64,000 nucleotides of DNA from an uncultured Cohaesibacter sp. GTDB lineage: Bacteria; Pseudomonadota; Alphaproteobacteria; Rhizobiales; Cohaesibacteraceae. This document shows, in pieces, positions 30,302 through 39,176 of the stretch. Both the position numbers and the translations under genes were made by a program. The DNA is taken from the NCBI GenBank assembly GCA_963676485.1, contig OY781115.1, one strand, 5' to 3'. Under the pieces are notes generated by a model that ran no database searches, had not been told where the DNA came from, and saw only the letters and a list, made by a program, of their open reading frames with translations. Every line of letters begins with the position of its first letter. The stretch's first letter is position 1.

Positions 30302-31228
30302 ATGCGCAATGAAAAAACGACAGAAGAGGTTGCTCTCGGTATTCGTCGTCGGGTGTTTGAGCACACGATGCGAAACAACGGGGGGTATCTGTCTCAGGCT
30401 TGTTCGGCAGCCGAGCAATTGGCTTGGTTGTATAACGAGCAGCTCAATCTGGGGGCACCAACGCTTCCAGCCATCCCGAAACCCTTTGCCGGCGTACCGT
30501 CTGCTGACAATCCCGATTATCACACGGGTGCGGGCTATAATGGACCGGCGTCACCGGAGTTTGATCGTCTCTTTATTGCGCCAGCCCATTACGCGCTGGT
30601 TGCCTATGCCACGCTGATTGAGGTGGGGCGTATGGATGAAGAAGGCCTCAAGATGTTCAACAAGGATGGCTCCTCCGTCGAGATGATCGGAGCGGAGCAT
30701 TCTCCGGGCATGGAAGTGCATAACGGCACGCTAGGGGTTGGTTTCTCCACCGCTGCCGGTCTTGCCTATGGCCGTCGCCTGAAGGGCGAAACCGGCAAGA
30801 CATGGGTCTTCATGTCCGATGGCGAAGTGGAAGAAGGCCAGACCTGGGAAGCGGTGCAGGCCGCGCGTTTTCATCGCATCGACAATCTGTGCGCCATCAT
30901 GGATGTGAATGAACAGCAATGCGATGGAGCCATGTCATCGGTGATGGAAGTGGGCGATATCCGCCAAAAACTCATCGATTTCGGTGCAGCATGCGTTGAA
31001 GTGGATGGTCATGATCTCGACGCCATCCGTCAGGCTTCCGAGGAACCCCATGAAGGACGTCCCCTGATCATCATGGCCCGGACCTCTCCGTTCAAAGCCA
31101 TGAATATTCTGGAAGAGCGGTTCCCACGTCTCCACTATGTGCGCTTCAAATCCGAAGAAGAGCGCGCCCGTTTCAACGTCTCGATTGCGGCAGACCTTGG
31201 TGTCGAGCCCGTCGATTACAGCCATTAA
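30302..31228 (+). CDS. Split transketolase, N-terminal (ThDP pyrophosphate-binding) subunit, atypical
   Basis: SDGEVEEGQTWEA...DVN ThDP motif, GTLGVG, VDGHD; GGYLSQACS where GH is usual. Confidence 0.88.
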   Translation: MRNEKTTEEVALGIRRRVFEHTMRNNGGYLSQACSAAEQLAWLYNEQLNLGAPTLPAIPKPFAGVPSADNPDYHTGAGYNGPASPEFDRLFIAPAHYALVAYATLIEVGRMDEEGLKMFNKDGSSVEMIGAEHSPGMEVHNGTLGVGFSTAAGLAYGRRLKGETGKTWVFMSDGEVEEGQTWEAVQAARFHRIDNLCAIMDVNEQQCDGAMSSVMEVGDIRQKLIDFGAACVEVDGHDLDAIRQASEEPHEGRPLIIMARTSPFKAMNILEERFPRLHYVRFKSEEERARFNVSIAADLGVEPVDYSH

Positions 31229-31240
31229 GGAGGCCTCATC

Positions 31241-32245
31241 ATGGTTGAAATGGTTAGTCGCCCCTATGCCCGCTCTTTCGAGAAATTCGCAGCCGGCAAT
31301 CCCGATATTCTGTGTCTGTCCGCCGATCTGACCTCATCCTGCGAGGTTGACGGCTTCCGGGATCGGCATCCGGATCAGTTTTTGAGCCTTGGCATGGCCG
31401 AGCAGAATATGCTCAGCTTTGCCGGTGGATTGGGCCTTGCTGGGTTCCGTCCCTTCATTCACACCTTTGGCGTCTTCATGTATCGCCGTCCCTATGACCA
31501 GTTGATGGCCTCCATTGCTTACCCCCGCAGAAAAGTACGGCTGATGGGCTTCTTGCCCGGGGTTACCACCCCCGGTGGGATGACCCATCAGTCGATTGAG
31601 GATATCTCGGTCATGCGCTCGATCCCCAATATGACCATATTGGAAACAGGCGACGCAACAGAGGTTGAATCCATTTGCGAGGCCGCCGACAGCATCGATG
31701 GACCGGTCTGGTGCCGGGTGCTGCGTGGCTCTGTGCCGCGTTTGTTCGATACCCCCATCAAGGTGGGTGAAATGCGTGTTCTGTCCGAAGGCGATGATAT
31801 TCTGGTTGTCACGGCAGGCATCACCACCGAAGAAGCCATGCGGGCGCGCTCTGCGCTCAAGGAGGCCGGGCTTTCCATCCGCCATCTGCATCTGCATACC
31901 ATCAAGCCGTTCGATGCCAAGGCATTGCTCGACCATATCGGTTCGGTCAAGCATGGGGTGATCACGCTGGAGAACCATGTCACCGAAGGCGGCATTGGCT
32001 CACTGGTTGCCGAGACCATGGCGGATGCCGGTGTTGGCAAGCGCCTTATTCGTCTGGGCCTCAAGGACACCTATGCCCATGGCGGATCACGGCCCTATCT
32101 GATGCGCTATTATGGTCTTGATGCCCTGGCACTCGTCAAGGGTATGGAAGATCTGATGGGGCAACAGTTCGGCATCACCGAAGATGACCTTGATACAGCC
32201 CGCGTCGAAGACGTTCACTCCCTCGTCAAGGCGGAGGCACTCTAA
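31241..32245 (+). CDS. Split transketolase, C-terminal (pyrimidine-binding) subunit, atypical
   Basis: SADL, GMAEQNM, THQ, IKPFD, ENH...GGIGS. Confidence 0.88.
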   Translation: MVEMVSRPYARSFEKFAAGNPDILCLSADLTSSCEVDGFRDRHPDQFLSLGMAEQNMLSFAGGLGLAGFRPFIHTFGVFMYRRPYDQLMASIAYPRRKVRLMGFLPGVTTPGGMTHQSIEDISVMRSIPNMTILETGDATEVESICEAADSIDGPVWCRVLRGSVPRLFDTPIKVGEMRVLSEGDDILVVTAGITTEEAMRARSALKEAGLSIRHLHLHTIKPFDAKALLDHIGSVKHGVITLENHVTEGGIGSLVAETMADAGVGKRLIRLGLKDTYAHGGSRPYLMRYYGLDALALVKGMEDLMGQQFGITEDDLDTARVEDVHSLVKAEAL

Positions 32246-32295
32246 AGCCTCATCGAAGAGGCTGCAAAGTGATCGGTCTCTTCGTCAATTGAACC

Positions 32296-32328
32296 ATAAA
32301 AGCCCCGCCATCATGGCGGGGCTTTTAT
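32296..32328. terminator. Bidirectional intrinsic terminator
   Basis: Long inverted repeat ATAAAAGCCCCGCCAT / ATGGCGGGGCTTTTAT between transketolase and dmsC. Confidence 0.85.
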
Positions 32329-32386
32329 CGTTTGGTCTCATCTGTAGCAATCAAAATGACAGGGTTCTTCAAGAAGCAAGACCGAC

Positions 32387-33241
32387 CTAACTTAAGCCTT
32401 CAGTCATATGCAGCCCATAATGCACATTGCGTCCGAGTATTTCGGCAAACAGGAAAAGCAAAGCACAAATGAGGGTGACAAAAAGCCCCCCGCCAGCGGC
32501 AGTGAAAAGCAGCCAAAGCAAGCAGGCGGCGCACAGCAAGATAAACCGGACGGACATAAGGGCCTTATATGCAAGAAACACAGTATCCCCCGAGCGCAGG
32601 GCGGTTTTGATGTTGGGGAGGGCTCTTGCTTGCAAGACTGTGGTCACTGCGGAGACGGCAATTGCGCAAATGGTCATGACCAAAGGTCCGATTTTCAAAA
32701 CCCCGACGTCACTGCATCCGGTTGCCATAAACAAAATAGCCGCCATGATGCTGCCGCCGATAAGAATTGATAGGCTAAAGTGCAAGGGGGTGAAAATCGT
32801 ATTCCATGTTGGAACGGTGCGCAGCATGTAAAGCGCGACCATATTATACATGAAGGCCAAACTCAGCAGAAATGTAATGAAAAGGGCAATCGGCAAAAGG
32901 ACCGCAGGCAGGAAGGACACCTGCGACAAAAGCCAGCTCAAGCCTCCAAAGGCCGCCGAGGCACTTCCAAAAACGATTTCGTTGGAAAATGGCGACCGTC
33001 CAAAGCGGAAAATGGCATTCATACCGCGCAATGGCCTGCCAAGATGCAAACTGGCAATTCCGAAGGAGAGTCCAAGAGCGATCCATATCGCGAGCATTCC
33101 CGTCAGTAAGGAGCCTTTCTGGTCTGGCGTAAGATCAACCAGGGAGAGGGCGATCAGACACCACCAGAAGGCTCCTATTGCTGACTGCGCCAACACGGTG
33201 AAGACCATCAACGGCCATTCTTTCCAAACAATCATGGTCAT
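32387..33241 (-). CDS. dmsC: DMSO reductase membrane anchor subunit
   Basis: EWPLMVFTVLAQ, SLHLGRP, SPFSNEI, EILGRNVHYG; about 8 TM. Confidence 0.92.
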   Translation of the reverse strand: MTMIVWKEWPLMVFTVLAQSAIGAFWWCLIALSLVDLTPDQKGSLLTGMLAIWIALGLSFGIASLHLGRPLRGMNAIFRFGRSPFSNEIVFGSASAAFGGLSWLLSQVSFLPAVLLPIALFITFLLSLAFMYNMVALYMLRTVPTWNTIFTPLHFSLSILIGGSIMAAILFMATGCSDVGVLKIGPLVMTICAIAVSAVTTVLQARALPNIKTALRSGDTVFLAYKALMSVRFILLCAACLLWLLFTAAGGGLFVTLICALLFLFAEILGRNVHYGLHMTEGLS

Positions 33242-33858
33242 ACCTCCTTGGGATTGCCAAGCAAACCAGAATGGTCATCCGTGGCGCGGGCCGTTCGACC
33301 GGGCGTAATCGTGAGATTGGGGTCAGTGAGCGTTGCAGCTGGCAGAGGAGCGATGGACGCTTGGCCTCCATATTTCGCTCGAAGCTCGTCAATGGGACCA
33401 AAATCAAGCGCGCGCAGGGGGCAGGATTCCACACAGACGGGTTGCAGCCCGAGCGAAATCCTCTCAGCGCATCCGTTACATTTGGTCATGATCCCCTTGC
33501 GTTCATCATATTGGGGGGCCCCATAAGGGCAGGCCATCTCACAAGACTGACACCCGATGCAGACATCCTCATTGACGGATACCAGCCCGTTATCTTCCTG
33601 CTTGTACATCGCCCCGGTTGGGCAGATCGAAACACAAATCGGATCCGAGCAATGATTGCAGGAAATTGACAGATAATAAGCGAAGACGTCGTTGGTCCAG
33701 CCATCGTCCGTTTTTTGCCAACCGCCGCCTGTGAATTCATAGACACGGCGGAAATTGATATCGGCGGGCAAATCTTTGTAATCCTTGCAAGCAAGCTGAC
33801 AGGTCTTGCAACCAGTGCAGCGGGATACGTCAATGTAGAATCCATATTCCTGCTTCAT
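33238..33858 (-). CDS. dmsB: DMSO reductase Fe-S subunit
   Basis: CTGCKTC..AC, CNHCSDP.C..C, CIGCQSCEMAC, CNGC...CVESC. Confidence 0.95.
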   Translation of the reverse strand: MKQEYGFYIDVSRCTGCKTCQLACKDYKDLPADINFRRVYEFTGGGWQKTDDGWTNDVFAYYLSISCNHCSDPICVSICPTGAMYKQEDNGLVSVNEDVCIGCQSCEMACPYGAPQYDERKGIMTKCNGCAERISLGLQPVCVESCPLRALDFGPIDELRAKYGGQASIAPLPAATLTDPNLTITPGRTARATDDHSGLLGNPKEV

Positions 33859-33867
33859 GTTCAGACC

Positions 33868-36273
33868 TCAAGCTTTTGTCACTTCAACCAGATTGGTGTG
33901 TTGCGGATTGCCTTTTGCCAATGCTGTGGGCCGTTGGGATGTCAGGCTGTTTACAGATCCGGCAATGTCATTCCCGTTCTCGTCGGTTTTGTGCCAGATG
34001 CCCTGCTCCAGAGCGACAACACCGGGCATGATGCGCGGCGTGATTTTGGCTTCGATGAAGGTGTGGGCCCGTTTGCTCTGGATCCGAACCTTGTCGCCAT
34101 CTTTGATCCCTCGATCCTTTGCATCGATCGGGTTGATCCAGAGATTATCGGTGACGGCCTGACGCAGCACTTTGACATTGTGATAGGTGGAATGGGTTCG
34201 CCCTTTTGGGTGACGTCCGAACAATTGCAGGGGGAAGGTCTTGCGTGTGTCGTGATCCTCATAGCTCTCCCAGGCGGCCGTATATTCAGGCAGCGGGGTG
34301 ATGACGTCGCCTTCAGCAAGCTCCCAGGTGCTGGCAATGTCCGCCAATTGTTCGGAGTAGATCTCAATCTTCCCACTTGGTGTGCGAAGAGGATGCGCCT
34401 TGGGGTCAGATCGGAAGTCTGCGAGGCCAACCTTTGTTTCTTCCGGGGCGTTGCGCTTGATCATGCCCATTGCCCGCGCCGTCTCGAGGTCAGGAAGATC
34501 CGGATCACTCTTGCGCATATGTTCATGGGCTTCCTTGAGCCATTCTTCGAGTGTCTTGTTTTCGGTGAATGCTTCCTCGACCCCGAGTTCCTTTGACAGA
34601 AGCGTGCAAACGTCCCAAGCCGACTTGCACTCATACATCGGGTCGATGACCGGCGACAAATAGATCGGACCTCCCATCTCCCCCACTGCATAGCCATTTT
34701 CGATGATGTCGCGGGTCTCAAAGTTTGTGACATCCGGTAGCAATATGTCGGCGAATTTGGCGCTGGGGGTTAAATGGGTGTCGATGACCAGAATGAATTC
34801 GCACTGGGATTCATCTTCAAGGATCTCTTTGGTCTTCTTGATGTCAGAATGCTGATTGATGAGGGCGTTACTGGCATAGTTCCAAATGAACTTGATCGGG
34901 TTTTTAAGCTTCTCGGCCCCTTTGATGCCGTCCGCCAGAGCGGTCATTTCGGGGCCTCGTGTGACCGCATCTGTCCAGAGAAAGCAAGGGATGGTGGCCT
35001 TGACCTTATTCTCCGGGATCGGCAGGAGAGGAACCGGATAGGTGTAATTTCCGGGCTCTTCGCCAAGATTGGTGCCCGGCAATCCGATGTTGCCGGTCAA
35101 AATGGGTAACATGCAGATGGCGCGTGCGGTTTGCTCGCCGTTGACCTGCCGCTGAGGTCCCCAGCCCTGCGCAAAGAAGACCGGATCAGTTTGGCCAATC
35201 TCCCGCGCCAAACGGGCAATCCTGTCTGAAGGGATGCCGGTGATCTCAGCTGCCCATTGGGGTGTCTTTGCCACTTTGTCCGGCCCGCTGCCCAGAATAT
35301 AGTCCTTGTAAGATGCGTTTTGGGGAGCGCTTTTGGGAAGCGTTTTTGCGTCATAGCCGATGCAGTGCGTGTCCAGAAATGCCTGATCAACGAGCTCTTC
35401 CGTTATCAGAATATAGGCTATGGCGTTGACCAGCGCAGCGTCGGTGCCCGGGCGTATCGCGATCCACTCGTCTTCTTTGCCCAACATGCTATCGGTATAG
35501 ATGGGGTCGATAAAAATGGTACGGACGCCATCCGCACGCATGCGCTCGGCGATCTGATAGACCTCACCGCCGCCACTCATCCGTGTTTGAGCGGGATTGT
35601 AGCCAAAAAAGACGCACAATTTGGCATTGCTGATTTCTGTGCTCAGACTGCGGTGGTCAACATAATCCTCGCCATAGGTGAATGCGAGGGCGCACTCGAT
35701 CTGACCCTTGCTATAGGTGTTGTGATAGCCAAGATAGCCGCCAATCGTGCTCAGAAACCGATAACAGCATCTCTCGCCATTGAAATTATAGCCAACGGTG
35801 CCCGTGCCATACTGGTAGTAGATGGCATCATTGCCATACGTGTCGATGGTGTGCCTGAGGCGATCAGCAATCGTTTTGATCGCTTCGTCCCAGCTGATGC
35901 GCTCGAATTTCCCCTCACCGCGCCTGCCAACGCGCTTCATGGGATATTGAAGCCGGTCTTCGGAATAAACCCGGTGTTTGGCTGAGCGGCCCCTCAGACA
36001 TGCGCGAACCTGATGCTGGGAGAAGTGATCCTTGCCCGTGGACCCATTGTCTTCCTGCGTGATCCAGCGGATCTTGCCATCAACCACATGGCATTTGAGC
36101 GGGCATCTGCTGCCGCAATTGACCACACAGGCATTCATGACCTCGTGCTCTTGTGTTCCGACAATAGAGCAAACGGTCTTTTCGGTACGGTGCCATGGAA
36201 AGGAATAGGGCAGGGACGCGCTCATTCCATCGAGCTTGCTCTTCAAGAAGTCGGTGAGGTTGGCCATCATCAT
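33868..36273 (-). CDS. dmsA: DMSO reductase catalytic subunit (DmsA/YnfE family) lacking a Tat motif
   Basis: CVVNCGSRC..ACLRGRS FS0 motif, YS..QI Ser ligand, GWGPQR, KGRTHSTY, KGNPQHTNLVEV. Confidence 0.92.
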   Translation of the reverse strand: MMMANLTDFLKSKLDGMSASLPYSFPWHRTEKTVCSIVGTQEHEVMNACVVNCGSRCPLKCHVVDGKIRWITQEDNGSTGKDHFSQHQVRACLRGRSAKHRVYSEDRLQYPMKRVGRRGEGKFERISWDEAIKTIADRLRHTIDTYGNDAIYYQYGTGTVGYNFNGERCCYRFLSTIGGYLGYHNTYSKGQIECALAFTYGEDYVDHRSLSTEISNAKLCVFFGYNPAQTRMSGGGEVYQIAERMRADGVRTIFIDPIYTDSMLGKEDEWIAIRPGTDAALVNAIAYILITEELVDQAFLDTHCIGYDAKTLPKSAPQNASYKDYILGSGPDKVAKTPQWAAEITGIPSDRIARLAREIGQTDPVFFAQGWGPQRQVNGEQTARAICMLPILTGNIGLPGTNLGEEPGNYTYPVPLLPIPENKVKATIPCFLWTDAVTRGPEMTALADGIKGAEKLKNPIKFIWNYASNALINQHSDIKKTKEILEDESQCEFILVIDTHLTPSAKFADILLPDVTNFETRDIIENGYAVGEMGGPIYLSPVIDPMYECKSAWDVCTLLSKELGVEEAFTENKTLEEWLKEAHEHMRKSDPDLPDLETARAMGMIKRNAPEETKVGLADFRSDPKAHPLRTPSGKIEIYSEQLADIASTWELAEGDVITPLPEYTAAWESYEDHDTRKTFPLQLFGRHPKGRTHSTYHNVKVLRQAVTDNLWINPIDAKDRGIKDGDKVRIQSKRAHTFIEAKITPRIMPGVVALEQGIWHKTDENGNDIAGSVNSLTSQRPTALAKGNPQHTNLVEVTKA

Positions 36274-36338
36274 TCCAGTCAGTTCAGCTGATGTTTGATC
36301 AGAATGACTGGGAATCTAGTTTCATATTCAAGTTAAAG

Positions 36339-36370
36339 ATATGACTAATGTCAAAAAATATGACTAATGT
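36339..36370. promoter_or_regulatory. 13-bp direct repeat ATATGACTAATGT with ATGAC-N4-GTCAA near-palindrome upstream of dmsA
   Basis: Copies at 36339 and 36358; the first extends to a CRP/FNR-like inverted repeat. Confidence 0.5.
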
Positions 36371-36775
36371 ACGTTTTCGCAGCGGGAGACCAAAGAGTGA
36401 TATGGGGACCGCCGTGCTCTGTCATCCTTGGTTCAAGATACCGGTAGCTTGTGCCGTATCTGTATTCCCAATGGCCTGTCTGCAAGATCACATCACCCCT
36501 CAAATAGCGCGGCTTGAAGTCTTTATGTATGCACCGTATCTACCTAAAATTACACCCTGTAATTGATAGTATATTTTATACAATCAAAATCTATTGCCAA
36601 GATATTTAGCGTATTGATGCAGTTGAAACTGGGGCATATTGGCCCTGGCAACTAGAAACTGTCAGACATAGTGTCGCACTTGGCGCAAAAAAAGAAGCAA
36701 TTTAATTTCCAGTTTATAGAAATTTTACCTAAGTAAAGCTTCCTAAGGATATGTCATCCTTCCGGGAGAGAAACA

Positions 36776-39097
36776 ATGTCCGTGGGTAAAAAGATCGTTA
36801 TTGGATTTATTTCCGTAATAGTGATTGCACTTGGTTGTATTGTTGCTGCCAATCAATATTTGATGGCCGACCTGTCAAATGATGCTTTTCACTCCAAGTT
36901 GAAAGACAATTACAAGACGCTCAAGAGCGCCATTTTGGCCGAAGCCTTTCGCGCAGAAAGCATGAGTGCTCTGGTTGCTAACATTCCGGAAGCTCAGAAG
37001 TTATTTGCTGAGAAGGACAGGGCTGGGTTGATTGCCATGTTCGCCCCGTCCTTTGATGAGCTCAAGCAAAAATATGCGGTTAGACAGTTCCAGTTTCATA
37101 TGCCGCCCGCGCAATCCTTTGCACGCATACACAAGCACGAAAAGTTTGGCGATGACCTTTCTTCATTCCGCAAAACGGTCGTGAAAACCAACGCTTCAAA
37201 AAAGCCGACCTTCGGTTTGGAAGTCGGGGTCGCTGGCCTTGGCGTGCGCGGTATGGTCCCCATGTTCTATAAGAGCAAGCATTTGGGCTCTATCGAATTT
37301 GGTATGTCCTTCGATCAGGCTTTCTTTGACCATTTCAAGAAGGATTATGGCGTTGACGCTGCTCTCTATCTCAAGAGAGGGGATGAATTCAAACAATTTG
37401 CAACCACCTTTGGTGAAGCGAATCCGTTTGATAGCGCCTCATTGGACAAAGCGTTTTCTGGCAAAGCCCAATTCTCGGAATTCAAAAAGAGCGACGGGAC
37501 AGAAGCCATCTATGCCGAAGTCGTGAATGATTTCTCTGGGGATCCGATTGGCGTAATTGTTGTTGGTCGATCGACCGAGGCCCATGTTGCCGCCCTCGCG
37601 CATGCACGCAATCTGTCGCTCCTGATCTCGGGTCTGGCCTTGATCGCCGCACTTGCTGTGTCCTTTGCGCTTGGCCACTCAATCGGCAATCCCATCAAGG
37701 CCATCACTGCCGTGATCAGTAAAATGGCCGAAGGCAACATCGATTCTGATATCCCTGAATATAAAGGCAGCTCTGAAGTGAACGAGATTGCCAAAGCGCT
37801 CGCGGTCTTCAAGAACAACATCCTGAATACGCGCCAAATGGAAGAAAACACCCGACGCGATCAATCCAAGATGCAGTTGGAATCAGATATCGCTCGCATC
37901 AGCAACATGGCGACAACGCTGTCCACGGTGAATTCGACCGCAATCAATCTCTATCATCTCAACAATCATTCTTCTGAGGTCAGCTCCAACGGCCAATCAA
38001 TCGCTGCCGCTGCCGCAGAACTTGTTAGCTCCGTTGACGAGATTTCCCGCAACAGCGAAAGCGCTGCAGAAAATGCCCGCGAAGCGGACGAGATGGTGCG
38101 CGATGCAACCGAAGCCGCCAACGAGACAAAAACGTCCATTCACGAGATCTCGCAGGCCATGAACACATCGATCGAGAGCCTGGCAGATCTCTCCAATGCA
38201 TCTGACCAGATTGGCCAGATCCTCTCGGTGATCGAAGATATTGCCGGTCAGACCAATCTGCTTGCGCTGAATGCGACCATTGAGGCCGCCCGCGCTGGCG
38301 AGGCTGGCAAGGGCTTTGCTGTGGTGGCGTCTGAGGTCAAAGAGCTTTCCAACCAAACCAGCAAGACGACGGAAGACATTGCCCGTCGGATCGAGTTGCT
38401 TCGATCTGGGATGCACCACATCTCCCAAACCATGGACCAGACAAAATCAGCCGTGGATGGTGGCAACGAGTCTATCCTCAAATCGACCGAAACCATGCAT
38501 CAGGCAGTACAGCGCGTGACGGATGTGACGGCACGAATGGATGAAGTCAATCAAATCCTGACAGATCAGAAAAGCGCGAGTTCCGAAATCGCACAAAGCA
38601 TTAATGGCGTTGCGGATCTGGCCGAGGAAAGCCGTAGACAAGTGATGGAAATTTCGGGGCTTTTCGCAGAAATCAACGATAAAATCTCTGAAAGTGCCGG
38701 AGATACAGTCAAGTCCGATGATCCACGCATTCATTGCGAAATCGCCAAGGTTGACCACATCATCTTCACCAAACGCGCCATCGATGCGGCAATGGGGAGA
38801 GGCGATTTGAGATCAGACCAACTTACCGATCACACGCACTGTCGGCTAGGGCACTGGTATGGGGCGTTGACTGACGAAGCAATAACTTCAATGCCGCTCT
38901 TCAAGCAACTGGACGAGCCACACATGCAGGTCCATGCCTTTGCCAAAAAGGCGCTCGTAGCCCACGAGGCCAACGACCAAAAGGCCGCGCTGGAATATCT
39001 CGAAGCCATGAGCCAGGCAAGAGAAAGCGTCATTACCAAACTGGAAGAACTCTCTCATGCCATTGACGCTGAAGAGAAGAGGCGCGAAGTGGCCTGA
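36776..39097 (+). CDS. Methyl-accepting chemotaxis protein: TM-Cache-TM-HAMP-MA-CZB
   Basis: Two TM helices around a Cache-like domain; [30 protein letters not shown] hairpin; C-terminal [19 protein letters not shown]. Confidence 0.92.
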   Translation: MSVGKKIVIGFISVIVIALGCIVAANQYLMADLSNDAFHSKLKDNYKTLKSAILAEAFRAESMSALVANIPEAQKLFAEKDRAGLIAMFAPSFDELKQKYAVRQFQFHMPPAQSFARIHKHEKFGDDLSSFRKTVVKTNASKKPTFGLEVGVAGLGVRGMVPMFYKSKHLGSIEFGMSFDQAFFDHFKKDYGVDAALYLKRGDEFKQFATTFGEANPFDSASLDKAFSGKAQFSEFKKSDGTEAIYAEVVNDFSGDPIGVIVVGRSTEAHVAALAHARNLSLLISGLALIAALAVSFALGHSIGNPIKAITAVISKMAEGNIDSDIPEYKGSSEVNEIAKALAVFKNNILNTRQMEENTRRDQSKMQLESDIARISNMATTLSTVNSTAINLYHLNNHSSEVSSNGQSIAAAAAELVSSVDEISRNSESAAENAREADEMVRDATEAANETKTSIHEISQAMNTSIESLADLSNASDQIGQILSVIEDIAGQTNLLALNATIEAARAGEAGKGFAVVASEVKELSNQTSKTTEDIARRIELLRSGMHHISQTMDQTKSAVDGGNESILKSTETMHQAVQRVTDVTARMDEVNQILTDQKSASSEIAQSINGVADLAEESRRQVMEISGLFAEINDKISESAGDTVKSDDPRIHCEIAKVDHIIFTKRAIDAAMGRGDLRSDQLTDHTHCRLGHWYGALTDEAITSMPLFKQLDEPHMQVHAFAKKALVAHEANDQKAALEYLEAMSQARESVITKLEELSHAIDAEEKRREVA

Positions 39098-39115
39098 GGC
39101 AGGAAAACACGAAAT

Positions 39116-39147
39116 AAAAAGCCGGAACCAACGCTAGTGGTTCCGGC
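39116..39147 (-). terminator. Intrinsic terminator
   Basis: AAAAA-GCCGGAACCA-7 nt-TGGTTCCGGC; U-tract on the minus strand after the sugar-binding protein gene. Confidence 0.75.
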
Positions 39148-39176
39148 CCCGATTTAGACTTTGGCTCTTCTCGCAA

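Noticed and set aside
30302-32245. Calling the transketolase AptA/AptB (apiose) or SqwG/SqwH (sulfoquinovose)
   Set aside because: No apiose isomerase, sulfoquinovosidase or other diagnostic partner recognised, and the active-site motifs differ from canonical split transketolases.
36380-36545. Possible Moco riboswitch upstream of dmsA
   Set aside because: Only a short GATACGGTGC resemblance to the moaA leader as I recall it; the conserved GCCTCCCG...GGAAAGG core is absent. An Rfam search would settle it.
36348-36566. 72-aa ORF in the dmsA-MCP intergenic region
   Set aside because: No RBS or family motifs; overlaps promoter repeats.
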